From: Macrostomum lignano
Taxonomy: Eukaryota
Length of the DNA: 64,000 bases
Assembly: GCA_002269645.1 (NCBI GenBank)
Contig: NIVC01001517.1
Location: 1 to 64,000, forward strand
Direction: 5' to 3'
In this document: in pieces, positions 1-11,880 of the stretch
How the letters are laid out: each line of letters opens with the position of its first letter
Position numbering within the stretch: the stretch's first letter is position 1
Program-made: the position numbers and the translations under genes
The notes under the pieces: generated by a model
What the model saw: the letters and a program-made list of their open reading frames with translations, nothing else
Told to the model about the DNA's origin: nothing
Databases searched by the model: none

Positions 1-717
1 CAGCGGGTGCACGGGGTCGCCAGCCCGCCCGACCTGCACCTGCCGCCGCCACGCAGCGTCGCCTCAATGGTTGCTGCCTCGCTGGTCCCGGACTCGAATC
101 CCGCATCTGGCTCCTCAGCATCCTCATCCGCGCCCATCATGGTGGTCTCAACGGCGCCATCCGTGATCAGCATGGCGCACTGCTGCCCGCACTGTCCGCG
201 CCAGTACGCCAAGAAGGAGAAGCTCACCTGGCACATGCGCCAGGCCCATCCCGCTCTGGCGCCGCCAACCCGCGCCCAAATCCGCGCCGCCATCGCCAGC
301 GGCCTGCCGCACCCGCAGCTTCAGCAGCCGCAGCAGCAGCAGCAGCAGCAGATCTGCCAGTTCAGCGAGGACTCAGAGGATCTGCTCACCCAGGCATTGC
401 GAGAGCTCACTGGAAACGGAGCCGGGGTTGACCTGCCAGCTGAGCAGCAGCAGCAGCAGGAGGCTCCCAATGTCCAGTTCCTGCTGGTCAACTCTGCCAG
501 CGTGCCTGTGCTGTTCAACTCCGCCGTCACCGCCGGCGCCTCCACGGCCTCTCTGGAGGATGACGCGTCCGCCATCGTGGACGAGCTGACGGCCAGGGCA
601 GCCGCTGGCGAGTCGGCCGGTTGCCACCAGCCCGCCACCGATGAAACCGACTGGCTCGAGGGCGCCATACGGGAGGCCGGCAGCGACCAACCTGCCACTG
701 CCGGCCCACGGTGCTGA
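1..717 (+). CDS. 3' part of a C2H2 zinc-finger protein (gene begins upstream of window)
   Basis: Frame open from base 1. Contains CPHCPRQYAKKEKLTWHMRQAH (C-x2-C-x12-H-x4-H) followed by Gln/Ala-rich low-complexity sequence; GC-rich codon usage; TGA at 715-717. Confidence 0.75.
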   Translation, partial: QRVHGVASPPDLHLPPPRSVASMVAASLVPDSNPASGSSASSSAPIMVVSTAPSVISMAHCCPHCPRQYAKKEKLTWHMRQAHPALAPPTRAQIRAAIASGLPHPQLQQPQQQQQQQICQFSEDSEDLLTQALRELTGNGAGVDLPAEQQQQQEAPNVQFLLVNSASVPVLFNSAVTAGASTASLEDDASAIVDELTARAAAGESAGCHQPATDETDWLEGAIREAGSDQPATAGPRC

Positions 718-819
718 GGTGCCGGCTTCCATTTTTTAGATGCACCTCAAATCGCTTCAGGCTCCAATCTTATCTCGTCTCTTTTTGATCTACTCTCATC
801 CTTATGTAATCTACTCTTA

Positions 820-1725
820 CCCCTATCTGATCTACTCTCATCCCTATCTGATCTACTCTCATCCCTATCTGATCTACTCTCACCCTATCTGATCTACTCT
901 CATCCCTATCTGATCTACTCTCATCCCTATCTGATCTACTCTCATCCCTATCTGATCTACTCTCATCCCTATCTGATCTACTCTCATCCCTATCTGATCT
1001 ACTCTCATCCCTATCTGATCTACTCTCATCCCTATCTGATCTACTCTCACCCTATCTGATCTACTCTCATCTCTATCTGATCTACTCTCACCCTATCTGA
1101 TCTACTCTCATCTCTATCTGATTTACTCTCACCCTATCTGATCTACTCTTATATCTATCTGATCTACTCTCATCCCTATCTGATCTTCTCTCATCCCTAT
1201 CTGATCTACTCTCATCCCTATCTGATCTACTCTCATCCCTATCTGATCTACTCTCATCCCTATCTGATCTACTCTCATCCCTATCTGATCTACTCTTATC
1301 CCTATCTGATCTACTCTCATCCCTATCTGATCTACTCTCACCCTATCTGATCTACTCTCATCTCTATCTGATCTACTCTCACCCTATCTGATCTACTCTC
1401 ATCTCTATCTGATTTACTCTCACCCTATCTGATCTACTCTTATATCTATCTGATCTACTCTCATCCCTATCTGATCTTCTCTCATCCCTATCTGATCTAC
1501 TCTCATCTCTATCTGATCTACTCTCATCCCCAGCTGATCTACTCTTATCCCTATCTGATCTACTCTCATCCCTATCTGATCTACTCTCATCCCTATCTGA
1601 TCTACTCTCACCCCTATCTGATCTACTCTCATCCCTATCTGATCTACTCTCATCCCTATCTATTCTACTCTTATCCCTATCTGATCTACTCTCATCCCTA
1701 TCTGATCTACTCTCATCCTTATCTA
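820..1725. repeat. 21-bp minisatellite (CCCTATCTGATCTACTCTCAT)n
   Basis: Directly visible; gives the spurious RVDQIGM ORFs on the minus strand. Confidence 0.97.
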
Positions 1726-2094
1726 ATGAAGTCCCCCATCTCAGTTTCCATACTGTATTCTAATCTGCATATAAATTCGCAGTTGTTCTTCAGTTCAAAA
1801 TCATAAATTAATCAATTGAAAATTTAACCTCTGTAGTCTCACAGATCACTAAACAGCCGGTTTTGTGCTTTCAATTATTTAATTGAGTTTTGCTGTCGTG
1901 GTTAGCAAATATTTTAGCAAATATATCTAGTTTAAATAAGAGCCTGTTATTGATTGACCCAATTTTACTGACTTAATCCAATTTCTTGCAAATTTTACCT
2001 GTGCACTCAGCCGCTACATTGAGAAATGCGTAGTTTGTGTCACTGTTGCTTTAGTTTCATTTCTGGTACCATTGATACTTAAATCTTTAACACT

Positions 2095-2880
2095 GTTGGA
2101 TCCGCCCTTGTATCATCTAGATCCCTCCTGTACCGCTAGATCAGCCCCTGTTCCCCTAGATCCCCCCTGTTTCCCTAGATCCGCCCCTGTTCCCCTAGAT
2201 CCGCCCCTGTACCGCTAGATCCGCCCCTGTTCCCCTAGATCCGCCCCTGTACCGCTAGATCCGCCCCTATTCCCCTAGATCCGCCCCTGTACCGCTAGAT
2301 CCGCCCCTATTCCCCTAGATCCGCCCCTGTACCCCTAGATCCGCCCCTATTCCCCTAGATCCCTCCTGTACCCCTAGATCCGCCCCTATTCCCCTAGATC
2401 CGCCCCTGTACCGCTAGATCAGCCCCTGTTCCCTAGATCAGCCCCTGTTCCCCTAGATCCGCCCCTGTTCCCCTAGATCCGCCCTGTACCGCTAGATCAG
2501 CCCCTGTTCCCCTAGATCCGCCCCTGTTCCCCTAGATCCGCCCCTGTACCCTGAGATCCGCCATTGTATAATCGAGATCCGCCCCTGTACCCTGAAATCC
2601 GCCATTGTATCATCGAGATCCGCCCCTGCACCCTAAAATCCGCCATTGTATCATCGAGATCCGCCCCTGTACCCTGAAATCCGCCATTGTATCATCGAGA
2701 TCCGCCCCTGTACCCTGAAATCCGCCATTGTATCATCGAGATCCGCCCCTGTACCCTGAAATCCGCCATTGTATCATCGAGATCCGCCCCTGTACCCTGA
2801 AATCCGCCATTGTATCATCGAGATCCGCCCCTGTACCCTGAAATCCGCCATTGTATCATCGAGATCCGCCCCTGTACCCG
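2095..2880. repeat. 20-bp minisatellite (CTAGATCCGCCCCTGTTCCC)n grading into a 41-bp dimeric unit
   Basis: 20-bp period from ~2095-2545. 41-bp period GAGATCCGCCCCTGTACCCTGAAATCCGCCATTGTATCATC from ~2550-2880 (CGCCATTGTA recurs at 2641 and 2682). Confidence 0.95.
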
Positions 2881-3087
2881 TTGGTTTGAACTGAAACACC
2901 CATAGATTTCCCATTGAATGCCTCTAGATCCGTCATTAAAAAAAAATTGATTCGCCCTGGAACACCATTTGATCCTCTCTGTGAGCACTCTAAATACTCC
3001 CCCTGATAACTGATAAACCCGGCCCTGCAAAACACCTGGACTGAGCGTGGCAGCGCCCACAACTCCATCCCGCAGCCCCGATCGGGA

Positions 3088-4619
3088 ATGTCGCAGTCGC
3101 ACCGACCCACGCTATCGGAGGAGCAGCGCCTGGGAAGCTGCCACCAGGCCACGGTGCTGTGGCCTGAGGACAGCGCGAGCCCGAGGCCTGGCTGGCTGCC
3201 CAGCCAGTCGAGGAGCTCAAGGCCCAGTTCGACAACGATGGCTACGCGGTTGTCCGCGGCGTTCTGACGCCCTCGGAGGTGGCGCTGCTCGGCGAGCTGT
3301 ACGACCGGCTGCTGAACGGCAGCATCGACGCCAGCAGCCACCGGCACGACTTGGGGAACACGCAGACTGTGCAGAATGCCAAGTTCAAGGAGAACATCTG
3401 CCAGATCATGTGGCCCAGCCTGTTCGTGCATGTGCGGCGTGGGATTTGATATATTTTAGTCTGGGGTATTTTAGTCAGATATTTTAGTTTTGGGATATTT
3501 TAGTCTGGGGTATTTTAGTCTGGGGCAGTTTAGTCTGGGGTATTTCAGTCTGGGGTATTTCAGTTTTGGGATATTTTAGTCTGGGGTATTTTAGTCTGGG
3601 GCATTTTAGTCTGGGGTATTTCAGTCTGGGGTATTTCAGTTTTGGGATATTTTAGTCTGGGGTTTTTTAGTCTGGGGTATTTTAGTTGTGATATTTTGTC
3701 TGGGGTAATTTAGTCTGAGGTATTTGGATCTGGGATATTTTAGTCTGGGGTATTTTATTCTGAGATATTTTAGTTTTGGGATATTTTAGTCTAGGCTATA
3801 TTTTTGTTTAGGGTATTTTAGTCTAGGGCATTTTAGTCTGGGGTATGTATTTTAGCCTGGGGTATTTTAGTTTGGGATTTTAAAGATTTAGCATAATTTA
3901 GTCTGGGCTATTTTATTCTGAGGTATTCGGGTCTTGTGTCTTCAATAGACAATCTCTGGCATACCTTTGCATCGCACAGGTTTCTCATCCATCAAGCAGA
4001 TTTTATGAGCATTCACGAGTCGCATTGTAAACGCGCGCAAATTCTCTCTCTGGCGTAGGGCCTCGCGGACCCCTGCCCTGCTCGCCAGCGCCTGCGCCTG
4101 CTGGCCCGGGCGCTGCTCGGCCCCGACATGGACTTCGACTTCGACATGATGCTGGCCAAGCCGCCGCAGTCAAACACGCCCACGCCCTGGCACGCTGACG
4201 CCGCCTACTGGCTGGACATGCCAGATAAGAGGGCCGTGTCCTGCTGGCTGGCTGTGGATGCCACCTGGCTGGACAACGGCTGCATGTGGTTCGGCCCCGG
4301 CTCTCACCGCCGGCCTCTGCTGCCGCACCGCTCCGCCGCTGCGGGCACCCACGTGCTCACCTGCGACGGCTCCGAGGCCGACGGGGTGCCGTGCGAGCTG
4401 CAGCCGGGCGACTGCACCCTGCACTCGGGCCAGACCCTGCACTACAGCCGGGGGAACACCTCCGACTGCTGGCGCCGCGGCTACGTGATGAACTTCCGGC
4501 CGCTGGCCATGGTGGAGTTTGAGCGCCAGAGAAACTATGACCACGGCCAGGCTGGGCTCGGCAAGATCTTCGGCGCCGGCCAGGCCCATGCGGCTGACGG
4601 AGCCGACGCTGTGGCCTGA
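3088..4619 (+). CDS. PhyH-family (phytanoyl-CoA dioxygenase-like) Fe(II)/2-oxoglutarate dioxygenase; exons 3088-3431 and 4059-4619; one apparent 1-nt deletion at ~3170-3260
   Basis: ELKAQFDNDGYAVVRGVLT N-terminal motif; TPWHADAAYW (HxD), NGCMWFGPGSH and TLHYSRGN (distal His, 2OG-binding Arg region). Phase-0 intron GTGCGG...CGTAG joins the exons. Confidence 0.85.
3450..3930. repeat. Degenerate ~20-bp intronic repeat (TATTTTAGTCTGGGG-type)
   Basis: Visible degenerate tandem array filling the PhyH intron. Confidence 0.85.
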
Positions 4620-7600
4620 GACGGGCCGGCAGATCTGAGAAGAGCGATGAGCAGTGAGTTAAGCTAGATGAATTGTCGACAGTCAACTGTCGCTGATTGT
4701 TGTGCGTATGGGGCTACGTGTATTTTTGCTCTGGCGTTTGTACCTCAACCCCTGTTTAATATCGATACGCAACCTCAGCTTTGGACAAGTAGCCTCATCT
4801 GTGTTCTATTGCAAGCAGTAGTGAGACTGAAGTGCTATTAAGGGAACAATGGACAATTATTTCAACAAGCAACAGCTACATATATACTCAGCAACATTGA
4901 AAAGTCGCCACTCTATGCGCCAGTGAGCAGTTTCTCTTGGACAGTTCTGAAATATAAGATACGAACAAGAAAACTGATCGGGGTAGCTTTAATCCGTCCA
5001 ACCGTACATGTAGCTGAGTTGCGTCACTCGCAAAGATTATGAGAGACTTTACCTGAACTAAAGAAATTATCTTCTGTGATGGCTGAATATACTTCAGTAT
5101 ATCTATCATGCAGTGCAAGTTGCTTTTTTAATAAAGATCCATAAATCCATCCATCCATTCGAATATATAGAAAGGCAGTTTACAGGGGGTTTGAGGTTGA
5201 AATTTACGGTTGCGCTCGTACACAATTATGGACACTGAATATCCCAGTTTTTTCATAAACTTTTCTTGTAAATTATTTTCGAGATTCTTCTGTTATAAAT
5301 CGCACTTCGTGATCTCCTTCTATGCATCTGTTTAGTCCTTATCTCATTGATTGAGCAGCACTTTGCTGTCTCAGAAAATTGTGCCTAAATTACTATTTTT
5401 AGTAACACTAATTGCATAAAAACATACATTTTTCATTTTTAGTATATAACACTAATATATAAAAGCTAATTGGGTGTTTTGATGGCTTATGCTGCACGCG
5501 TTGATTTTTAAATCGTATTTTGGGTACTTTTTAAATGTTTCTAAATATAAATCATCTTCTTTAAGTCAGATTATAAAAAATATATCCATAAACTGTTCGC
5601 AGAGTTCCATAACATCATGTAGCAAGACTTTTGATTGACTTTTTTGCATGTCAGTCTTCTGTAGGGCATTAATTGGGTGGGACGGGGTGTAGCCCAGTAG
5701 TCTTGTGCCCATGGCTTACTGTTACTGTGCTTGCTTAAATAAAACATTTAACCAAGTATACTGAGTAAATAACGTATGCAGTAGCGAGTCAGTCAGTGTT
5801 GAAGTTCCTTTAGTTTTTAGGCTCATATTTTTTTGTTATTATTAAGCGAAATTGTCACAACCGGCACGAAAGCTTAGTTTATGATAAATAAACAGCTTTC
5901 TGTATAGTAAATACCTACCCGAGTAGTATTGAGGGAGAAAATTATATCTGGAAATCAACAGTGCGAGTATATTCTGGTAAATGATTTTTGGGGCTGCATA
6001 AACAGTTAACGAAATATTAACAATTATAAACTTGAACCGTAATAACAAAACGGATACATTCTTCAAAGCGAATATCGATCGTTAGAGTCAGGATCGAGGC
6101 GCACTTTAAAGCGACATAATCGCACAACCGAAGCTTATGTTAAATAAGCAGATTTATGTATAATAAACAGCTAGCAGAGTAGTATTGAGAGAAAAAGTCA
6201 TGCCTGGATATCAAAAGTACGCGTTCGAGTATATTCTGCTCGGCTGCTTTGCTGCTAACTGAATAACAAATAAAACAACAAAACGGATACTGTTTCAAAG
6301 CGAATGTCTGTTTAGACTGTCGGTGCACCTGCTGAATCAATTTTTATCCCTCTATCTTTAGCAACGCTTCTCTAGAACATCCGCAAGCTGTTCTGCAATA
6401 TAGGCCGTTCCAATTGCTGCATACCCTCCATTCAGCACTGTGCAGCCAATGTAAACGAGTTCGCCTGTTGTCAGGGTCATTCTGACCATAGTTGTGGCAT
6501 ATTTTGTGGCAGGATTAAAGGCGGTGACGAGATCAACTGCTGTTGCAGCCAGCGTCATTTTGTCGTCGAAGAGATGCTTCTCTTTGCCGAATATGTGCCA
6601 CAGTTTGTTTGCATTCACTGGCAACACTGCTTTGCCCAAGCACTTGCTCACTGCCCAGGCCAGTCTTCCGTACTGCCGGACCCATCTGGTCGTTTTTAAA
6701 AATAAAGTAAATAAAATAAGATCGATACCCAAACACAAACGGTCTGATCTGAAGAAACAACAGAAGCGCACTTACGCAAAAGGGGTAACTGAAGGCCCCC
6801 ATGCGCCTCTTTCACGAAGCAAAGTGTGAAAACAAAGAAAATGGCAGCCACCAGAGTAACGCGGCTGAAATATTGTTACATGTACATACAATAAATTAGT
6901 ACTTGAAGCATTCAGTTCATTTTATATTGGATAAAAATACATGTACGATTAGCTACATAAAACTTATGAGCTTGTAACTTACATAATCGATGATTATCAG
7001 ATTTTTCTCACTTCATTGAACAGAAGCAGAGTTTTCTGAAGGGCTCTCCGCATGCCGCCCGTGTCTACATTTACATGGGCGCATACCTACCTATATGTAT
7101 TGCAAAATTTCAAGGAAGGCAATTCCGCGGAAACTCCACGGAAATTCCATTTTTATAGAAAATTCTAGAAAACTCCCTGTACACAAAAAGCGCATCAATA
7201 ATTGTGTACACTGTTTAGTGGGTATTAGTGGGTATTTTAGGATCTGTAATAACTGTACAACTTAGTACCTTCTCAATCGTACACCGCTATCTCATACTGT
7301 ACGTACGAGTAGGTTGAAAGAGATTTAAATCTACATTGAACCTTTTGTTGGGGGGAGGGTTGAATATACCCTGTTCGCTGCTATAAGTAAAACTGAACTT
7401 GCTAAGTCGAGTTGCTCGGAAGGGACTTATATTAAGTTTTAATAAAATTTTCAACTGAAAAATTGTACTCATTTGCTAGTATTATATAATTTTAAGCAGT
7501 TCTCTCTTTAGTTAAGGCATCTTCGGAACAAGAGTTGCAGAAAGAAATCGTTAAGCTCCATGTGGTGCGACGCCCATTAAATAGTTCCTCTGGGTATGAC

Positions 7601-8287
7601 ATCACAGCATGTGTGCTTCCGCATACAGGCTGCTTAGCTGATCCCGAAGATGAGAGCGCCTATCTGGTAGAGACGGGTGAGTCCGAAATGTTAAGCTGCA
7701 TGTTCTGCCGGATATGGAGAGTGGAAAATTAAAAGTACACTCAACTCGCTTCTTGCTCAGTTCTCAGGCTTCGTTTTGAGGCAGCTGTTAACCGTTTCCC
7801 AGGCCTCGTCTAGAAATCACAGGCTTGATTTTTCAGTGGGTTTTGGCCATTGACAGCTAGCCGTTCCATCGGTAAAGGAAGAAATATCCTTCCAATTCCT
7901 AATTGGCCTAGCCAAAGAAATGAAAAAAAACTCGTTTCTTCCCCACTTTGGCTGGGCCGGGTCTGTCTATGGTTCAATGCTTTTTTCCGCACACAGTCAC
8001 TATTGACGGATGGCATGCCACGCGTACCATGGGGCTTCAATCTCTTTCCCACTGCCACAGAGCACTGTGTCAATTTACGGCTCAAGAAATTCCCATAGAC
8101 TACTGACTGGCTTACTTAACTATTGAGTTCCAACTGTCCTAAAATTTGCGCTTGACTGATACTACAGTTTATTTTAAAACTGTCTATGGTAAAAACAGTC
8201 CAGAATCATGCAGTAAATTTTTACTGATATCACAATCTTGTCCAACTTTACTGTATAATTAATTAAACTTACGCGAGACTCAAAATC

Positions 8288-9330
8288 ATGGCTAACAACA
8301 TTGATGATGCTGCAATTGCAATTATGGAAGGTTCTGTTTTCACCAGCGATGGCAGCGACAGCGAATATATGAGTGTCGATGGAGATTTGCTGGACGAGGA
8401 AGATGGTGAGAGTAATGGTGAAGTAGCTGAGCATGGAGTCGAGTTCGCCAACGAGAATGAATGGACAACTGCTCAAGATGGTGAAGATTCGCGTCTCAGC
8501 GATCTGCCCGAATTCCTCGCTGTGCCTGGCCTGAACCCGGACATTCAAGCACAAGCTCCTGAAGGTAAAATGGCCCAGGTGCAATTCTATCTGCAGCACT
8601 TTCTCACCGCTGATCTGGTGTCTGCCATTCGCATCTGGACCAACGCCCGAGCTGACATGGAGCTTCAACATTTGACAGCTGAAGATCAGGACGGAGCTCT
8701 TCCCAATTTGCTATCAACTTGGAGACCGTGTACCGACAATGCGGTGAAGAAGTCACTAGTAATCATCCTGTACATGGGTCTTGTGAAGAAGCCCAAAATG
8801 CACATGTACTGGTCCACGGGAGACTTCTACGGCGGCGAATACTTCCAGAAAGAACATTGCCTTGGAAGGGATCGGTTTGTGCAGATACTGTATTATCATT
8901 CCTTCGACTTTACGACTGCACCACCGACAACCAACATGACTCCTTGAAAAAGATTCGACCTTTTCTTAACATTGCCCGCGATATTTGCCAAGCAAATTAC
9001 AGCCCACGTCAAGAGGTGTCTGTCGATGAAGAACTGGTCATGTACAAGGGCAGGCTCATTTTCCGGCAGTTCATGCCCAACAAGCGTGCCAGATTCGGCA
9101 TCAAGGTCTACTGCTTGACGGAAGCTTCGACAGGTTTTCTGTGGAACTTTCATGTACATGCTGCTAATCAGGATAACGACAAGTTTGGAGATGGATTAAA
9201 CTGCGGTAATGTATCGATGAGCGAGAAGATCGTCGTTGAATTGAGTAAAAATTTGCTGGACCTAGGGTACAAGGTCTTCTGTGACAGCTGGTTCACATCG
9301 CTCCGTCTGGCGCATTCACGCTACTCTTAG
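8288..9330 (+). mobile_element. Decayed piggyBac (PGBD4-like) transposase, frameshifted at ~8890 and 3'-truncated
   Basis: ILYMGLVKKPKMHMYWST, KIRPF, SVDEELVMYKGR...QFMPNKRARFGIKVYCLTEASTGF and VFCDSWFTS are piggyBac DDD-transposase motifs. The third Asp and C-terminal Cys-rich domain are missing. No TTAA-bounded TIRs were found. Confidence 0.88.
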
Positions 9331-10295
9331 TAAGCATCCGAGAAGATCGACGTACATTTAAACGGTGTCTAAAAACCTTAACGATCGTGCTAGCGACCGC
9401 TCGACTGCGACTATATCTACCCTCCCCCAGAATTGAGGACCCCGGCAGACGAAGTATCCAGGCGGATTTATGAGTTCACGCGCGAACTCAAGCTCAGGCG
9501 CGGCAATTCAAATTTCCGAAACCGTCCCTCGATCTTCAGCTACCGACATAAAAACCCACCCCCACCTCAGAGTTATGGTAGCTGATGTCCTGTTATTTCC
9601 AAGCTTGCATTACTCGACACGATGATGTTCTGGCCAAGCGAATATATTGTCTACTGATAAGTAGCAAGTATAGAGAGTATGGCGCAGAAAGTTTGCAGGA
9701 TATGCGAGGAAATTTTGTCATTCGCGTAGAAGCGGGAGTTCTGTTCAGCTTGACTGATGGATGTTGTCTAGCCTTGGACAGGCTCGCTGAGGCAGTCTAC
9801 AGGAACAAATACCGGTCCTGGCTGTAGCATGCGGGTTGAATTCCACTTTAGTTAGCTGCAGAGACAAATATTTCATTCTATTCATGATCTATTTTAAATA
9901 AAAGGATCAATCTATCTGCAACAGCTAAGGCTTAAGAATTCCAATCGATCATGAATAAGCAAGAGGAGATTTCCATAATTCCAACTGATCCACAATCTTT
10001 TCGAAGCAGTGATGCCTCTTTAAAAATGAAATTCGCCGAATTCCAAACAAGCATGGAGCTGAGCCTGTAGCTTCGGGTAGACCACCGTTCTAAAGTATAC
10101 AACGCTATGCATTGCTAAAAAAACTGGGTTTCTGTGACTTCGATGCAGCATTCCAGCTCTCGATCGAACGAAATTCATTTAAAATATCGATCCCTAAATT
10201 CCAATTGCATTTCAACTATACTCGTATTAAATGCAAGCGAGAGCAGTCAAAGAGAAGTTTTAATTTAATTTTAAAAGACGAAACAGTCGTGAGTG

Positions 10296-11869
10296 ATGCA
10301 GCTCCAAACCGCACTGCACCTGACCATCTGGCTTTGCTTAGGCATCGGAGTCTCTGCAAAGATCAAAGTGAACTTTTTGAACCAGCCTGCTGACATCATC
10401 TACAACTATTTAAGCGGTACCTTTGAGGTCACGATGATGGCAAAAATTGGCGAATATGTGCGAGGAGAGCCCCAGTCCCACCTGAAGGTGGAAAGACTGG
10501 CTGTGAAGCTGGACAGCGGCAGGGATTTCGGGGTCCCAGTGACGGCTCGGCTAAGCACAGACGGAACCGTTGCCCAGCTGGTATTCGAGTGCCGCAGTTG
10601 GCGCAAGTGCTTGCAAGTCCGGGAACAAATTAACTTGAACCCCGCCAAGGTACAGAGAGCTATCGAGTTCACTCTAACCGGCCACTCTGACACCGGATTT
10701 TTCAACTTGCATGTTCGAGCACCGGAGTCGGCGCCGGCACAATACGCGGTCGAATTCCAGCGAAACTTCGACCGCATCATCTCGTTTGCCCAGAACTGGG
10801 ACACCTACGTGAAGGGCTTTGGGAATTCGGATATCAGATTAGGAAACTACTGGATGGGTGAGTCGGTTGGGAATGCAGTTGCAGGATTGAAACGTGTTTT
10901 ACGACCAAAGGTCACAGAATAGAAATTATTGAAGCATATAGCTAGCGTTTATTAGTGCTCATGTAAGTGGACTGTAGATCGTTGAGCTTAAAAAATAGAA
11001 GCAGATCTTGGGCATTAGTAAACGTGTGTGAATTGAAGCAAAGATGTTTAATTTGCAAAAGCATTGCAAATAAAATGTTTTTTATTACACCTGCCCCTGT
11101 TGGCCTGATGATGTGCAACCGACAGCTCCGTAGCAGCTATAGCGCGGCACATCTTAAGGCTGCGTACGGCTGTTCAGTCTAAGGACTGGGGGGAAGGTCG
11201 CCACACAAACCTCAATTATCCCAGCTAATGCTGGCTCCCATTTCACAGCTGGGTGAACTGAAGCAATGCAGAGCTAAGTGTCTTGCTCAAAGCAGTGGGA
11301 TCGCGGGTATCGAACCCCCGGCCTTCAAGTCGTAAGTGAGACGCTCTGACCACTGGGCAACAGCATTGCAAAGCGTGTCCCCAAGCTTGCATAAATCTGC
11401 AAGAGCAACAGATGCAGCTCACTCAACCGATTCCGCAGGTCTCAAGCGGCTGTCCAGTCTCACAAAGGACCGGAGCTGCAAGCTCATTTTTGAAGCAATG
11501 AAGTTCGACGGCACAGCTCAGAGAGGAATCTTCAAGGATTTTCAGGTTCGCGGAGAGGACGAGAACTTCAAGCTGCGCGTGGGCGATGCTGAGCCGGGCA
11601 ATCCGATGTACATGATGAAAAATCACGACAACGCACAGTTCAGCACCTTCGATAGAGACAACGACAAGTGGAGCGCGGACTGCTCAGGCTATCACGGGAA
11701 AACTGGCTGGTGGTACCACGATGGGTGCCATAACCACAACCCAAACGGCATCATAGCCGAAAAAGACTTCCCAAATAAAGACGCATGCTACAACTACTGC
11801 TCGAGCTGGACTAAGCAGGATAAACGGGTCTGCTGGAGGGCGACGCGTCTGTCATTTATCTGCGCCTGA
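10296..11869 (+). CDS. Secreted fibrinogen-related-domain (FReD) protein with an unassigned ~150-aa N-terminal region; exons 10296-10857 and 11439-11869
   Basis: Signal peptide MQLQTALHLTIWLCLGIGVSA. FReD motifs FQRNFDRIISFAQNWDTYVKGFG...YWMG|LKRLSSLT...FSTFDRDNDKWSADC...GWWYHDGCHNHNPNG. Phase-1 intron GTGAGT...CCGCAG. Confidence 0.88.
11086..11362 (-). mobile_element. SINE family 1 (tRNA head + CORE-like domain), copy a, inside the FReD intron
   Basis: Reverse complement matches copies at 16.2, 17.0, 17.9, 22.1, 33.5 and 37.7 kb. Confidence 0.85.
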
Positions 11870-11880
11870 AAGAGTGAAGC

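Noticed and set aside
5845-6771. Diverged ~250-bp local duplication and ORF 6358-6771 as a DNA transposon
   Set aside because: No TIRs, TSD or transposase motif could be identified.
9316-9580. Possible second complemented block (CG exceeds GC)
   Set aside because: Neither the complement nor the reversed reading continues the piggyBac frame or gives a recognisable protein. The normal minus strand has a weak LINE-endonuclease-like stretch (ELINPPGYFVCRG). Unresolved and not supportable.
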